Below, one piece after another: positions 34,497 through 44,822 of a DNA stretch of 64,000 bases (the stretch's first letter is position 1; each line of letters opens with the position of its first letter). The position numbers and the translations under genes are program-made. Location of the stretch: assembly GCA_028713915.1 (NCBI GenBank), contig JAQTNK010000009.1:46857-110856 (forward strand). The letters are read 5' to 3'. The notes below the pieces were generated by a model, which was given only the letters and a program-made list of their open reading frames with translations, did not search any database and was not told the origin of the DNA. This stretch comes from Rhodocyclaceae bacterium (lineage in GTDB: Bacteria; Pseudomonadota; Gammaproteobacteria; Burkholderiales; Rhodocyclaceae).

Positions 34497-37400
34497 CTAG
34501 CGTTTTCCGTCGCGCGTCAGCTTGCGGAACAAATCCCGCGCCGCCGCGACGCGGTCCTTGAGGCTGGGGCTTTCGCGCTTCCACGCCAGCTTGTCCGGCC
34601 CGGCGAGCTTGAAGCTGCGATCGGACTGGATCAGCCGGATGACGTCGGCCGGATCGATCGGCGGGTTGGCCACGAACTGCAGCTGGATGGCGTGCGGCCC
34701 GGCATCGAGCTTGGCGACGCCGAGCGGCTTGGCGAGCAGGCGCAGGCGGTGGGTCTCGATCAGCGCCTGCGCCTGGCCGGGCAGTTCGCCGAAGCGGTCG
34801 ATCAACTCCTCCTGCAGGGCGCGCAAGTTGTCCTCGACGTCGCAGTTGGCGAGCCGCTTGTAGAGCGTCAGGCGCTCGTGCACGTCGGGGCAATAGGCGT
34901 CGGGCAGCAGGGCCGGCGTGCGCAAGTTGATTTCCGAGGTGACGGCGAGCGGCTGCGTCAGGTCGGGGATGGCCTTGCCGTCCTTCAGCGCCTTGACGGC
35001 GGCGTTGAGCATGTTGGCGTAGAGGGCGAAGCCGATTTCCTGCATCTCGCCGCTCTGGTTCTCGCCGAGCACTTCGCCGGCGCCGCGGATTTCGAGGTCG
35101 TGCATGGCGAGGAAGAAGCCGGCGCCGAGTTCCTCCATCGCGAGTATCGCGTCGAGGCGCCGCTGCGCCTGGACGGATGGCTTGGCGTCCTCGTGCGTCA
35201 GCAGGTAGGCGTAGGCCTGGTGGTGCGAACGGCCGACGCGGCCGCGCAACTGATGCAGCTGCGCCAGGCCGAACTTGTCGGCGCGATTGATGACAATGGT
35301 ATTGGCGTGGGGGTTGTCGATGCCGGTCTCGATGATCGTCGAACATAGGAGCAGGCTGTGCTTCTGCTGCGTGAACTCGCGCATCACGCGCTCCAGCTCG
35401 CGTTCCGGCAACTGGCCGTGGCCGACGACGATGCGCGCTTCCGGCAGCAGGCGCTGCAAGCGCTCGCGCATGGTCTCGATGGTCTCGACCTCGTTGTGCA
35501 GGAAATAGACCTGGCCGCCGCGCTTGAACTCGCGCAGGCAGGCTTCGCGCACGGTGCCGTTCGACCAGCGCGTGACGAAAGTCTTGATCGCGAGCCGCTT
35601 CTGCGGCGCCGTGGCGATCACCGAGAAATCGCGCAGGCCTTCGAGCGAAAGCCCGAGCGTGCGCGGAATCGGCGTCGCCGTCAGCGTCAGCACATCGACC
35701 TCGGCGCGCAGCGCCTTCAGCGCTTCCTTCTGGCGCACGCCGAAGCGGTGCTCCTCGTCGACGATGACCAGCCCCAGGCGCGAGAACGCGACGTCCTTCT
35801 GCAGCAGCCGGTGCGTGCCAATGAGGATGTCGATCTTGCCTTCGCCGAGCAGGCGGATGGCGTCGGTCTGTTCCTTCGCGCTCTTGAAGCGCGACAGCTC
35901 GGCGACCTTCACCGGCCAGTCGGCGAAGCGGTCGGCGAACGTCTGGTAATGCTGCTCGGCGAGCAAGGTGGTCGGGCAGAGCACGGCGACCTGCTTGCCG
36001 TCGGCGACCGCGACGAAGGCGGCGCGCAGCGCGACCTCGGTCTTGCCGAAGCCGACGTCGCCGCACACCAGCCGGTCCATCGGCTTGCCCGACTTCATGT
36101 CCTCGACGACGGCGTTGATGGCGGCCAGCTGGTCGGGCGTTTCCTCGAAGCCGAAACCGTCGGCGAAGGCTTCGAGGTCGTGCTGCTTGAAGTCGAAGCG
36201 ATGGCCGGATCGCGCGGCGCGCTGGGCGTAAAGATGCAGGAGCTCCGCGGCGGTGTCACGCACCTGCTCGGCGGCTTTCTTCTTCGCCTTTTCCCACTGG
36301 CCCGAGCCGAGGCGATGCAGCTCGACGGCTTCGGGATCGGCGCCGCTGTAGCGCGAAATGACGTGCAATTGCGCCACCGGCACGTAGAGCGTCGCGCCTT
36401 CGGCGTATTCGAGGTGCAGGAATTCGGTGTCGCCGTCGCCGTAGTCGAAATGCACGAGGCCGCGGTAGCGGCCGATGCCGTGCGACTCGTGCACCACCGG
36501 GTCGCCGATGCGCAGTTCGGAAAGGTCGCGCAGCCAGCCTTCGAGGCTGGCGTGGCGCGTGTCGGAACGCTTGTGGCGCGGGCGCGCCGTGGCGGCATAG
36601 AGTTCGTTTTCGGTGAGCAGCGCGAGGCCGGCGTCGGCCAGGACGAAACCGCCGGAGAGCGGCGCGACGCCGAGCATGAATTTGTCAGCGCCGGCGGCGC
36701 CGGCGGCGAAGTCGGCGCAGCTTGCCGGATGCATGCCGTATTCGGCGAGGTATTCGGCGATGGTCTCGCGCCGGCCCGGCGACTCCGCCAGCAGCAGCAC
36801 GCGGCCGGCGAAGCCGGCGAGGAAGTTCTGCAGCGCGGCCAGCGGCGCGTCGGCCTTGCGGTCGACGGCGATCGCCGGCGGCGCCACGGCCGGGCCGGGC
36901 GCGGCGGCCGTGGCCGGCAGCACGAGCCGGGGGAAGCGGCCGGCGGCGACGAAGAACTGCTCGTCGGTGAGGAACAGGTCCGTCGGCGGCAGGACCGGGC
37001 GCGAGCGGTCGCCGCTGATCATGTCGTAGCGGCCGTGGAGGTCGCGCCAGAATTCGCCGATCGCGCCCGGGATGTCGTGGTGCAGCAGCAGCACGGCGTC
37101 CTGCGGCAGGTAGTCGAACAGCGTCGCCGTCTCGTCGAAGAACAGCGGCAGGTAGTATTCGATGCCGGCCGGCAGCGCGCCGCTGGAGACGTCCTTGTAG
37201 AGCGCGATGCGCGAGGCGTCGCCCTCGAAGGTCTCGCGGAAGCGGCTCCTGAACTTGTTGCGGCCGGCGTCGCCGAGCGGGAATTCGCGCGCCGGCAGCA
37301 GGCGGATTTCCGGCACTGGATACAGCGTGCGCTGGGTGTCGACGTCGAACGTGCGGATGGTCTCGACTTCGTCGTCGAACAGCTCGATGCGGTAGGGCAG

Positions 37401-37952
37401 CTGCGTGCCCATCGGGAAGAGGTCGACCAGTCCGCCGCGCACGCTGTACTCGCCGGCGGCGACCACCTGCGTCATCGGCTGGTAGCCGCCGATGGCGAGC
37501 TGCTCGCGCAGGCGGTCGAGCTTGAGGCGGTCGCCCTTCTTGAGAAAGAAGGTATGGCCGGCGAGGAACAGCGGCGGCGCGATGCGCGCCAGCGCGGTCG
37601 AGGCGGCGACGATCAGCACGTCGCATTCGCCGCGCACCACGGCATGCAGCGTCGCCAGCCGTTCCGAAATCAAGTCCTGGTGCGGCGAGAAGCTGTCGTA
37701 GGGCAGGGTTTCCCAGTCCGGCAACAGGTGCACGCGCAGTGGCGGTGCGAACCAGGCGACTTCCTCCTGCAGGCGTTGCGCGTCGAGCGGGCTGGCCGTG
37801 ACGACCGTCAGCAGGCGTCCGCCGCCGGCGAGCTGGGCGATGGCGAGCGCGTCGGCGGAACCGGCGAGGGGTGGCAAGTCGAGGCGGGCGCCGGGCTTCG
37901 GGATGCCGAAGGCGGCAAGCTGCGGCAGGAGCGCAGGAGAGGACGTGGACAC
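34497..37952 (-). CDS. mfd: transcription-repair coupling factor
   Basis: 1151-aa ORF. CGDVGFGKTEVALRAAF helicase motif I, VDEEHRFGV, LTLTATPIPRTL, TIIETGIDNPHANTI, QLRGRVGRS. Confidence 0.97.
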   Translation of the reverse strand: MSTSSPALLPQLAAFGIPKPGARLDLPPLAGSADALAIAQLAGGGRLLTVVTASPLDAQRLQEEVAWFAPPLRVHLLPDWETLPYDSFSPHQDLISERLATLHAVVRGECDVLIVAASTALARIAPPLFLAGHTFFLKKGDRLKLDRLREQLAIGGYQPMTQVVAAGEYSVRGGLVDLFPMGTQLPYRIELFDDEVETIRTFDVDTQRTLYPVPEIRLLPAREFPLGDAGRNKFRSRFRETFEGDASRIALYKDVSSGALPAGIEYYLPLFFDETATLFDYLPQDAVLLLHHDIPGAIGEFWRDLHGRYDMISGDRSRPVLPPTDLFLTDEQFFVAAGRFPRLVLPATAAAPGPAVAPPAIAVDRKADAPLAALQNFLAGFAGRVLLLAESPGRRETIAEYLAEYGMHPASCADFAAGAAGADKFMLGVAPLSGGFVLADAGLALLTENELYAATARPRHKRSDTRHASLEGWLRDLSELRIGDPVVHESHGIGRYRGLVHFDYGDGDTEFLHLEYAEGATLYVPVAQLHVISRYSGADPEAVELHRLGSGQWEKAKKKAAEQVRDTAAELLHLYAQRAARSGHRFDFKQHDLEAFADGFGFEETPDQLAAINAVVEDMKSGKPMDRLVCGDVGFGKTEVALRAAFVAVADGKQVAVLCPTTLLAEQHYQTFADRFADWPVKVAELSRFKSAKEQTDAIRLLGEGKIDILIGTHRLLQKDVAFSRLGLVIVDEEHRFGVRQKEALKALRAEVDVLTLTATPIPRTLGLSLEGLRDFSVIATAPQKRLAIKTFVTRWSNGTVREACLREFKRGGQVYFLHNEVETIETMRERLQRLLPEARIVVGHGQLPERELERVMREFTQQKHSLLLCSTIIETGIDNPHANTIVINRADKFGLAQLHQLRGRVGRSHHQAYAYLLTHEDAKPSVQAQRRLDAILAMEELGAGFFLAMHDLEIRGAGEVLGENQSGEMQEIGFALYANMLNAAVKALKDGKAIPDLTQPLAVTSEINLRTPALLPDAYCPDVHERLTLYKRLANCDVEDNLRALQEELIDRFGELPGQAQALIETHRLRLLAKPLGVAKLDAGPHAIQLQFVANPPIDPADVIRLIQSDRSFKLAGPDKLAWKRESPSLKDRVAAARDLFRKLTRDGKR

Positions 37953-38032
37953 GGGGACAGGATGGCGAAACGAAGGGTGAATTATAGTCGCCGGCGCGGC
38001 CCCGCCGCACTTTCGCGGAGCGATCCCCTACA

Positions 38033-38713
38033 ATGCGGGCCATGGGAGCTTATGTCTTCGACGTCGCCGGCCTGGCGATCAGCGCGTTGCTGCTGATCGC
38101 CTACAATCTTTACCTCAGCCGCAAGGAGAAGCGCAATCCCGCGTACACGGTGCGGGCCGTGAATACCATCGCGCGCACGGCGTGGGTCGAGTCCGTCATG
38201 GCGAACGGCAAGGACGTCCTCGCCGTGCAGACCCTGCGCAACTCGACGATGGCGGCGACTTTCCTGGCCTCGACATCGGTGCTGCTGATCATCGGCGTGC
38301 TGAGCCTCTCCGGCCAGGGCGACAAGCTCGAAGCGACCTGGCACAGCCTGAACCTGATCGGCGCCAAGCACACCGAGCTGTGGATGATGAAACTGCTGTT
38401 CCTGCTGCTCGACCTGTTCTTCGCCTTCTTCAGTTTTTCGATGTCGGTGCGCGTCTTCAACCACGTCGGCTACATGATCAACGTGCCGCTGTCGCTCAAC
38501 CACAAGTCGATTTCGCCGCAGCATGTGGCGATCCATCTCAACCGGGCGGGACGCTTCTACAGCCTGGGCATGCGCGCCTACTACTACGCCGTGCCGCTGG
38601 TGTTCTGGCTGTTCGGCCCGCACTTCATGCTGCTGGCGACGCTCGGCCTCATCGTCGTGCTCTACCGCCTCGATCGCGCGCCCAAGGTCCTCGCCGACGA
38701 CTACGTCAGCTAG
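38033..38713 (+). CDS. DUF599 family membrane protein
   Basis: 226-aa ORF. AYTVRAVNTIARTAWVESVMANGKDVLAVQTLRNSTMAATFLASTSVLL as remembered for DUF599; 4 hydrophobic segments. Start 38033 or 38042. Confidence 0.7.
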   Translation: MRAMGAYVFDVAGLAISALLLIAYNLYLSRKEKRNPAYTVRAVNTIARTAWVESVMANGKDVLAVQTLRNSTMAATFLASTSVLLIIGVLSLSGQGDKLEATWHSLNLIGAKHTELWMMKLLFLLLDLFFAFFSFSMSVRVFNHVGYMINVPLSLNHKSISPQHVAIHLNRAGRFYSLGMRAYYYAVPLVFWLFGPHFMLLATLGLIVVLYRLDRAPKVLADDYVS

Positions 38714-38762
38714 GCGGCGCGGCCGACGCCGGCGCCGGCGGCCGGCGGATCTGACGATGACG

Positions 38763-39581
38763 TCACGTCTTGGCGACCAGCATCTTGGCGTGACGGGCCT
38801 TCTCCAACTGCACCAGCGACTGCCTCACCGTCTGCGACCAGGCATCGTTGTTCATGTCTTTGGCATACCTGGCGAGGGAGGCGACGATTTCGTCGCTGCT
38901 CCAGCCTTGCCGCCCGAGCAAGTCGTAGGCGATGGCGTCGGCTTCCTGCCGCCGCTCGGCTTCCTTGTCGGCGCTGACGACCTGCGTGCCGACCGCCGAC
39001 GCCATCGAGCCGGTGAGCGCGGCAAGCCCGCCCGTCAGGTTGGTGAGCGGCATGAGGATCTGCATCAGGACCGAGAGCATGACGCCGGTCGCCGACTTCT
39101 CTTCGTGATGGCGGGCGATGACGTGTCCCATTTCCCGGGCCATGACGAAGGCGAGGGCTTTCTCGTCGAGATCGGGCTGCCGCACGCCGCGGAATATCAC
39201 GATGTTGCCCTGGGAGTCGGAAGCGCTGCCGGCCTCGCTCTTCTCGGCGACGACGAAATGGAATGCCGGAACGCGCTGCCGCAAGTCGGGGTTGGCGGCG
39301 TAGGCCGCGCTGGCGAGGCGCGCGCCCAGTCTCGCCACTTGCTGGTCGAAGCCCTTGTCGATCCGGCACTGGATTCCCGCGCAGGCTTTTTCGATCGACG
39401 TCGCCGTGGCGAGGCGAAGATCCATGTCGAGCGACGAGTAGAGCGAACTGATCGGCGTCGGCGCGGTGAGTTGCGAGCGGCCGCCGGGGCCCGTGCTGGC
39501 GCAGGCGCACAGCGCCGCGCAGACCGCTGCCGGCAGCAGGCGCCGCCAGGTTCGCAACGCCAGGCGGGGCCGCGGCTTCAT
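38763..39581 (-). CDS. M48-like lipoprotein with degenerate zinc motif (REMGH instead of HExxH)
   Basis: ATG at 39581 inside track ORF 38763-39653. Signal plus lipobox AALCAC. AFVMAREMGHVIARHHEE aligns to the M48 HExxH helix with His replaced by Arg (codon CGG). Downstream RRQEADAIAYDLLGRQGW matches the M48 ExxAD third-ligand motif. Confidence 0.7.
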   Translation of the reverse strand: MKPRPRLALRTWRRLLPAAVCAALCACASTGPGGRSQLTAPTPISSLYSSLDMDLRLATATSIEKACAGIQCRIDKGFDQQVARLGARLASAAYAANPDLRQRVPAFHFVVAEKSEAGSASDSQGNIVIFRGVRQPDLDEKALAFVMAREMGHVIARHHEEKSATGVMLSVLMQILMPLTNLTGGLAALTGSMASAVGTQVVSADKEAERRQEADAIAYDLLGRQGWSSDEIVASLARYAKDMNNDAWSQTVRQSLVQLEKARHAKMLVAKT

Positions 39582-39846
39582 CGACGGCAGCGCGCCATGA
39601 CGGCGCAACGGCCGTGGCTGGTGCACGCGGCGGCAGCGGCTGAAGTGGAGCATCTGGGCATGGCGCTTTCCCCCGCGGCGGATGGGCAGGTGCCGCCTGA
39701 TGCCGATTAGACGGCGCCATGTCGGGCGGCGATACCGTCGCTAGTTGACGACAATTCGTCGCCGGGCGCGATGCGCTGGCTGGACTACCGCTCAAGCGAT
39801 GGCGGGTAGATGAACGATCACATTCGTGCCGCGGCGCGTCTGCATG

Positions 39847-39871
39847 CGCGCCGGGCCGCGACCGGCGCGCG
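39847..39871 (-). terminator. GC hairpin downstream of the orphan 67-aa ORF
   Basis: GCGCGCCGG (39847-39855) / CCGGCGCGC (39863-39871), 7-nt loop, about 27 nt beyond the ORF stop on the minus strand. No U-run. Confidence 0.35.
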
Positions 39872-39886
39872 GCGGCGGAACAGGCT

Positions 39887-39914
39887 AGACCAGCACCACT
39901 AGACCAGCACCACT
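39887..39914. repeat. perfect 14-bp tandem duplication TAGACCAGCACCAC x2 spanning the stop codon of the 67-aa ORF
   Basis: Read directly: 39887-39900 equals 39901-39914. On the minus strand it duplicates GTGGTGCTGGTCTA, i.e. the last four codons (VVLV) plus TA of the stop. Confidence 0.9.
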
Positions 39915-40102
39915 TCCCTGGCATCGACGGCGACGCGGAAATCGGCGCCGTAGCAAATCAGCTTGCGCATTTCGCGGCTGACCGCGGCGACGATGAAGCA
40001 ATTTTCGAGGGCGATGCCCTGGCGCTGTGCGCGCCGGATGACCGGCTGAAAGACGTCTTGCTTCAAACGGACGATACGGCCGACATAGCGCTCGAGATTC
40101 AT
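39899..40102 (-). CDS. hypothetical 67-aa protein (orphan to me), last ORF of the AmmeMemoRadiSam-containing minus-strand unit
   Basis: ATG at 40102 with AGGAAA SD about 7 nt upstream (track ORF 39899-40225). MNLERYVGRIVRLKQDVFQPVIRRAQRQGIALENCFIVAAVSREMRKLICYGADFRVAVDAREVVLV. Third-position GC is elevated. I recognise no family. Confidence 0.4.
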   Translation of the reverse strand: MNLERYVGRIVRLKQDVFQPVIRRAQRQGIALENCFIVAAVSREMRKLICYGADFRVAVDAREVVLV

Positions 40103-40279
40103 GTTGTTTTTCCTGTTCTCTGTTCCGATCCACCGCGGCGGAAACGCACGCCAGGCGGCGTTCCCTGCCACGATGTGCCAGTCGTCTGGCAGGTCGGATA
40201 TTAGAAGGTCGCACCGTCTTGCCAAATGCCGCGATCCCGGTATTTCTCGTACCGGTATCCGGGTAGCAAGCAGGCTGCG

Positions 40280-41346
<1,067 letters not shown>

Positions 41347-41371
<25 letters not shown>

Positions 41372-41898
41372 TTTCTGACCTCGTAGCGATAGAGCCTGAC
41401 GTCAGGCGCCCAGAAGTCGGGCGCAAGGCCGGCCTTCTGTTTCAGATGCGCAAGAAACTCCTTTGGTTCCGGCAGGCTGTCCCAGACTTGCGGCAGGAAG
41501 GTCGCGTGCTGGCCGCGCCATTCGAAGATGACGCCGTCGACGCCCGGGCGCAGGCGCCGCAGCGCATCGGCTTCGTCGCTGACGAGCAGCGCTTCGGGAG
41601 CCGTCAGCAAGGACACCTCGACGCGCGTCGCCGGCAGTTCCTCGCGCGCCAGCGGCGGAAAGCGCGGGTCGCGGAAGGCCGCGGCGCAGGCATTGGCGAG
41701 CAGGTCGCTGGCGAGCGGACGCCAGGCTTCGAGCGAACCGATGCAGCCGCGCAAGTCGCCGTCGCGCGTCAGGGTGACGAAAGTGGCGCCGGGCTTGGCC
41801 AGCCGCGGATGCGCCGGTTCGGGCTGCGGCGGCATGCCGAATTCGGCGGCGATGGCGTTGCGGGCGCGGATCAGCAGGGCGTTGCCGAGTTCATCCAT
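41347..41898 (-). CDS. AmmeMemoRadiSam system protein A (AMMECR1 domain)
   Basis: 183-aa ORF. GATFVTLTRDGDLRGCIGSLEAWRPL (conserved RGCIG), AAFRDPRFPPL, ATFLPQVW. Overlaps the radical SAM start by 25 nt. Confidence 0.9.
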
Positions 41899-42694
41899 CG
41901 CGGCGCTCCGTGAAGGCGAAGGCGGCGTAGCCGACGACCCGCGACTTGTCGCCCGCCGTGTCGCCGGAATTGCGCAAGTCGAGCAGATGCGGCGTCAAGC
42001 CGCGGCGCGGCGCGGCGTCGATCAGTCCATTGATCGGCAGCGCGCCGCAGGCCTGATCGAAGTCGTGCAGCGGGCGCAGGTTCAGGATGTCGTCGGCCGT
42101 CTGCCGGTCGAGCCGTTGCGCGGCGGCGTAGGCGTGATAGTGAGAGAGGTCGGAGCTGACGACGATCAGCGTCTCGGCGCCGCCCCAGAGCGCTTCCATG
42201 ACTTGCGCGACGGCCGCGGCCGATGCTTCGCCGACGGCGAAGGGCGCCAGGCTGAACTCGCTCAGCACGGTCTGCAGGAAAGGCAATTGCACTTCCAGCG
42301 CATGCTCCTGCGCGTGGGCGTCGTCATTGGCATGCACCTGCGGCAAGCGCATGGCGGCGGCGATCGCCGGCTTGTCGAGCGGAATCTCGCCCAGCGGCGT
42401 GGCAAACACATCCACGCCGGGAACGCCGAGGCCGCGCGCATAGACGCGGTGCGTCGGCCCGAACAGCACGACGCGACGGATGATGTCGCGCAAGGGAGCG
42501 AGCAGGGCGTAGGCCTGCGCCGCGATGGCGCCGGAATAGATATAGCCGGCATGCGGCACGATCAGCGCCTTCGGCGTCAGCGCCGGCGGCCGCGCCGCCG
42601 CCAGCATGGCCGCCACTTCGCAGGCCAGTCCTTCCGCGTCGCCGGGATAAAACATGCCCGCCACTGCGGGCGGGCGAACATGTACGGTTTGCAT
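41891..42694 (-). CDS. AmmeMemoRadiSam system protein B (MEMO1 family)
   Basis: ATG at 42694 with GGGGAGG SD inside track ORF 41891-43459. RPPAVAGMFYPGD, LIVPHAGYIYSG, HAQEHALEVQLPFL, VSSDLSHYH. Its stop overlaps the AMMECR1 start (ATGGATGA). Confidence 0.88.
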   Translation of the reverse strand: MQTVHVRPPAVAGMFYPGDAEGLACEVAAMLAAARPPALTPKALIVPHAGYIYSGAIAAQAYALLAPLRDIIRRVVLFGPTHRVYARGLGVPGVDVFATPLGEIPLDKPAIAAAMRLPQVHANDDAHAQEHALEVQLPFLQTVLSEFSLAPFAVGEASAAAVAQVMEALWGGAETLIVVSSDLSHYHAYAAAQRLDRQTADDILNLRPLHDFDQACGALPINGLIDAAPRRGLTPHLLDLRNSGDTAGDKSRVVGYAAFAFTERRDG

Positions 42695-42735
42695 GACAAC
42701 CTCCCCTTGGAGAATAGGGCGGATTCCCTGCGCCT

Positions 42736-43995
42736 TCAAGCCAAGATCGCGAGTCCGGCCGCGAGGCCGCAGCCGATGGCCAGCAGGCCCGGCAGCGCGC
42801 GCTTCGCCAGCGACGCGCCGCCGATTGTGACCACCAGCCCGATCTTGAACGACAGGTTCGACAGGATCGCCAGGACGATGGAGGCGACGGCCTGGAATTG
42901 GGTGAGCTTGTCCACGTTGTAGAGCCGCAGCGTGGACAGCGTGATGGCGTCGACGTCGGTAAATCCGGCGGTGAGCGCGACGAGGTAGAGGCCCTTGCTG
43001 CCGGCGATGTCTTCGAGCCAGGCCGAGAGGAACAGCACGGCGCCATAGAGCAGGCCGAAGGTCAGGGCCACCTTGAGCTCGGTGGGGTTGGCCACCTCGG
43101 GCATCGGCAAGTCGCCGTGCGCCTTGAGCGCGCGCCAGTCGTAGAGCACGACGAACAAGCCGAGCAGGAAGCCGGCGCCGAGCACGATGGCGAGCGGCGC
43201 GAGCAGCGAAGGCGCGACCACGCTGGAGACGAACGTCAGCCGCAACGTCACCATCAGGTTGGCGAGCAGGATCACGAGCGTCGCCGTGCGCGTGACTTCC
43301 TCGTCGCTGCGGGCATGGCGCGCGAAGACCATGGTCGTCGCCGTCGAGGACACCAGGCCGCCGAAAAAGCCGATCACCGCCGCGCCGTGCTCGCTGCCGA
43401 TGAAGCGCAGGGCAGCGTAGCCCGAGAGCGAGACGCCCGAGATCAGCACCACCATCCACCAGATCTGGTGCGGGTTGAAGGCGGCGTAGGGGCCGAAGTC
43501 ATGGTCGGGCAGCACCGGCAGGACGACGAACGAAAGCACCGCGAACTGGAGGATGGAAAGCAGGTCCTTGTGCGTGAGGCTGGTGGTCAGGCCGTGCAGT
43601 TGCTGCTTGAAATAAAGCAGCACGGTGGTGGCGATCGCGGCCATCACGGCCAGCGTCGCGTAGCCGAACCAGACGGCGGCGCCGAGCCCGAAGCAGACCA
43701 TCAAGGCGACCACCGACGTCGTTCCGGGGTCGCCGTTTTCCTCGGGATCTGCCAGCGTCGCCGCCATCATCATGGCGCCGACGACGAGCATGCCGATGGC
43801 GAGAATCCAGCCGCTGCCGGTCTTTTCGGCGATCAGGGCGCACAGGCAGCCGAGCAGGCCGACCAGCGCGAAGGTGCGCAAGCCCGCCTTGGGATCGACG
43901 CGCCGCTCGCGCTCCATGCCGATCAACAGGCCGATGGCGAGGCTGATGGCGAAGGCCTGGACCTGCTCGACGGCGGTGGGGGCGAAGATGCTCAT
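42736..43995 (-). CDS. MgtC/SapB family membrane protein with DUF4010 C-terminal domain
   Basis: Track ORF 42736-44037. [32 protein letters not shown] (MgtC-type N-terminus) followed by about 10 further TM segments. Start 43995 or 44004. Confidence 0.8.
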   Translation of the reverse strand: MSIFAPTAVEQVQAFAISLAIGLLIGMERERRVDPKAGLRTFALVGLLGCLCALIAEKTGSGWILAIGMLVVGAMMMAATLADPEENGDPGTTSVVALMVCFGLGAAVWFGYATLAVMAAIATTVLLYFKQQLHGLTTSLTHKDLLSILQFAVLSFVVLPVLPDHDFGPYAAFNPHQIWWMVVLISGVSLSGYAALRFIGSEHGAAVIGFFGGLVSSTATTMVFARHARSDEEVTRTATLVILLANLMVTLRLTFVSSVVAPSLLAPLAIVLGAGFLLGLFVVLYDWRALKAHGDLPMPEVANPTELKVALTFGLLYGAVLFLSAWLEDIAGSKGLYLVALTAGFTDVDAITLSTLRLYNVDKLTQFQAVASIVLAILSNLSFKIGLVVTIGGASLAKRALPGLLAIGCGLAAGLAILA

Positions 43996-44012
43996 CGCGT
44001 GCATTGTATAGA

Positions 44013-44711
44013 ATGGCGCCCGTGAACTACTACGCACTCGTTCCCGCCGCCGGCGGCGGCGCCCGCATGGGGGCGGATATTCCCAAGCAATACCTGCCGC
44101 TGCTCGGCCGCCCGCTGCTCTGGCATACGCTGGCGACGCTGTGCGCCGTGCCCGCCATCGCGCGGGTCTTCGTCGTGCTTGCCGCCGACGACGGCGAGTG
44201 GGAGCGGCACGACTGGTCGGCGTTTGCCGCTCGCCTGGAGATCCTGCGCTGCGGCGGCGCCACGCGCGCCGCCAGCGTCGGCAACGGCCTGCGGCAGATC
44301 GCCGCGCGGGTCGACGCCGGCGACTGGATGCTCGTGCATGACGCCGCCCGTGCCTGCATCACGGTGGCGCACGTCGAGGCGCTGATCCGCGCCGTCGGCG
44401 AGGATGCCGTCGGCGGCATCCTCGCCACGCCAGTCGCCGATACGCTCAAGCGTGCCGACGGCGCAGGCGGCATCGCCGCCACCGTGCCGCGCGAGAACCT
44501 GTGGCAGGCGCAGACGCCGCAGATGTTCCGCCACGGACTGCTGCTCGAGGCGCTCGAGCATGCCTGTGCCGTCACCGACGAGGCGAGCGCCGTCGAAGCG
44601 CTCGGCCTCGCGCCGAAACTGGTGGCGGCCGACGCGACCAATCTCAAGGTCACTTATCCGCTCGATCTGCATCTGGCGGAAATCATTCTTCGCGACAGGA
44701 ACGCGCCATGA
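44013..44711 (+). CDS. ispD: 2-C-methyl-D-erythritol 4-phosphate cytidylyltransferase
   Basis: Track ORF 44004-44711 (TTG). [42 protein letters not shown]. Start ATG 44013 or GTG 44022. Confidence 0.92.
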   Translation: MAPVNYYALVPAAGGGARMGADIPKQYLPLLGRPLLWHTLATLCAVPAIARVFVVLAADDGEWERHDWSAFAARLEILRCGGATRAASVGNGLRQIAARVDAGDWMLVHDAARACITVAHVEALIRAVGEDAVGGILATPVADTLKRADGAGGIAATVPRENLWQAQTPQMFRHGLLLEALEHACAVTDEASAVEALGLAPKLVAADATNLKVTYPLDLHLAEIILRDRNAP

Positions 44712-44726
44712 CCCCCATCCCCCCAG

Positions 44727-44822
44727 CCCCCTTCCCACGGAAGGGGGTGACTGAGGTTCGCGGCCCGGTGGGCCGCTCCAGACTTGTGACTGCGCCTCCT
44801 TGGGGCGGCCCGGCGGAGGCGC
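44727..44822 (+). other. structured 112-bp ispD-ispF spacer with three perfect hairpins, the last sequestering the ispF Shine-Dalgarno
   Basis: CCCCCTTCC-cac-GGAAGGGGG (44727-44747); GCGGCCC-ggt-GGGCCGC (44760-44776); GCGCCTCC (44792-44799) pairing with GGAGGCGC (44815-44822), which contains the GGAGG SD 4 nt before the ispF ATG. Confidence 0.45.

Noticed and set aside
40166-40180. Sigma54-like element TGGCACATCGTGGCA (minus strand) upstream of the 67-aa ORF.
   Set aside because: The GG-to-GC spacing is one nucleotide shorter than the strictly conserved -24/-12 spacing (TGGCAC-N5-TTGC). No enhancer-binding protein gene lies nearby.
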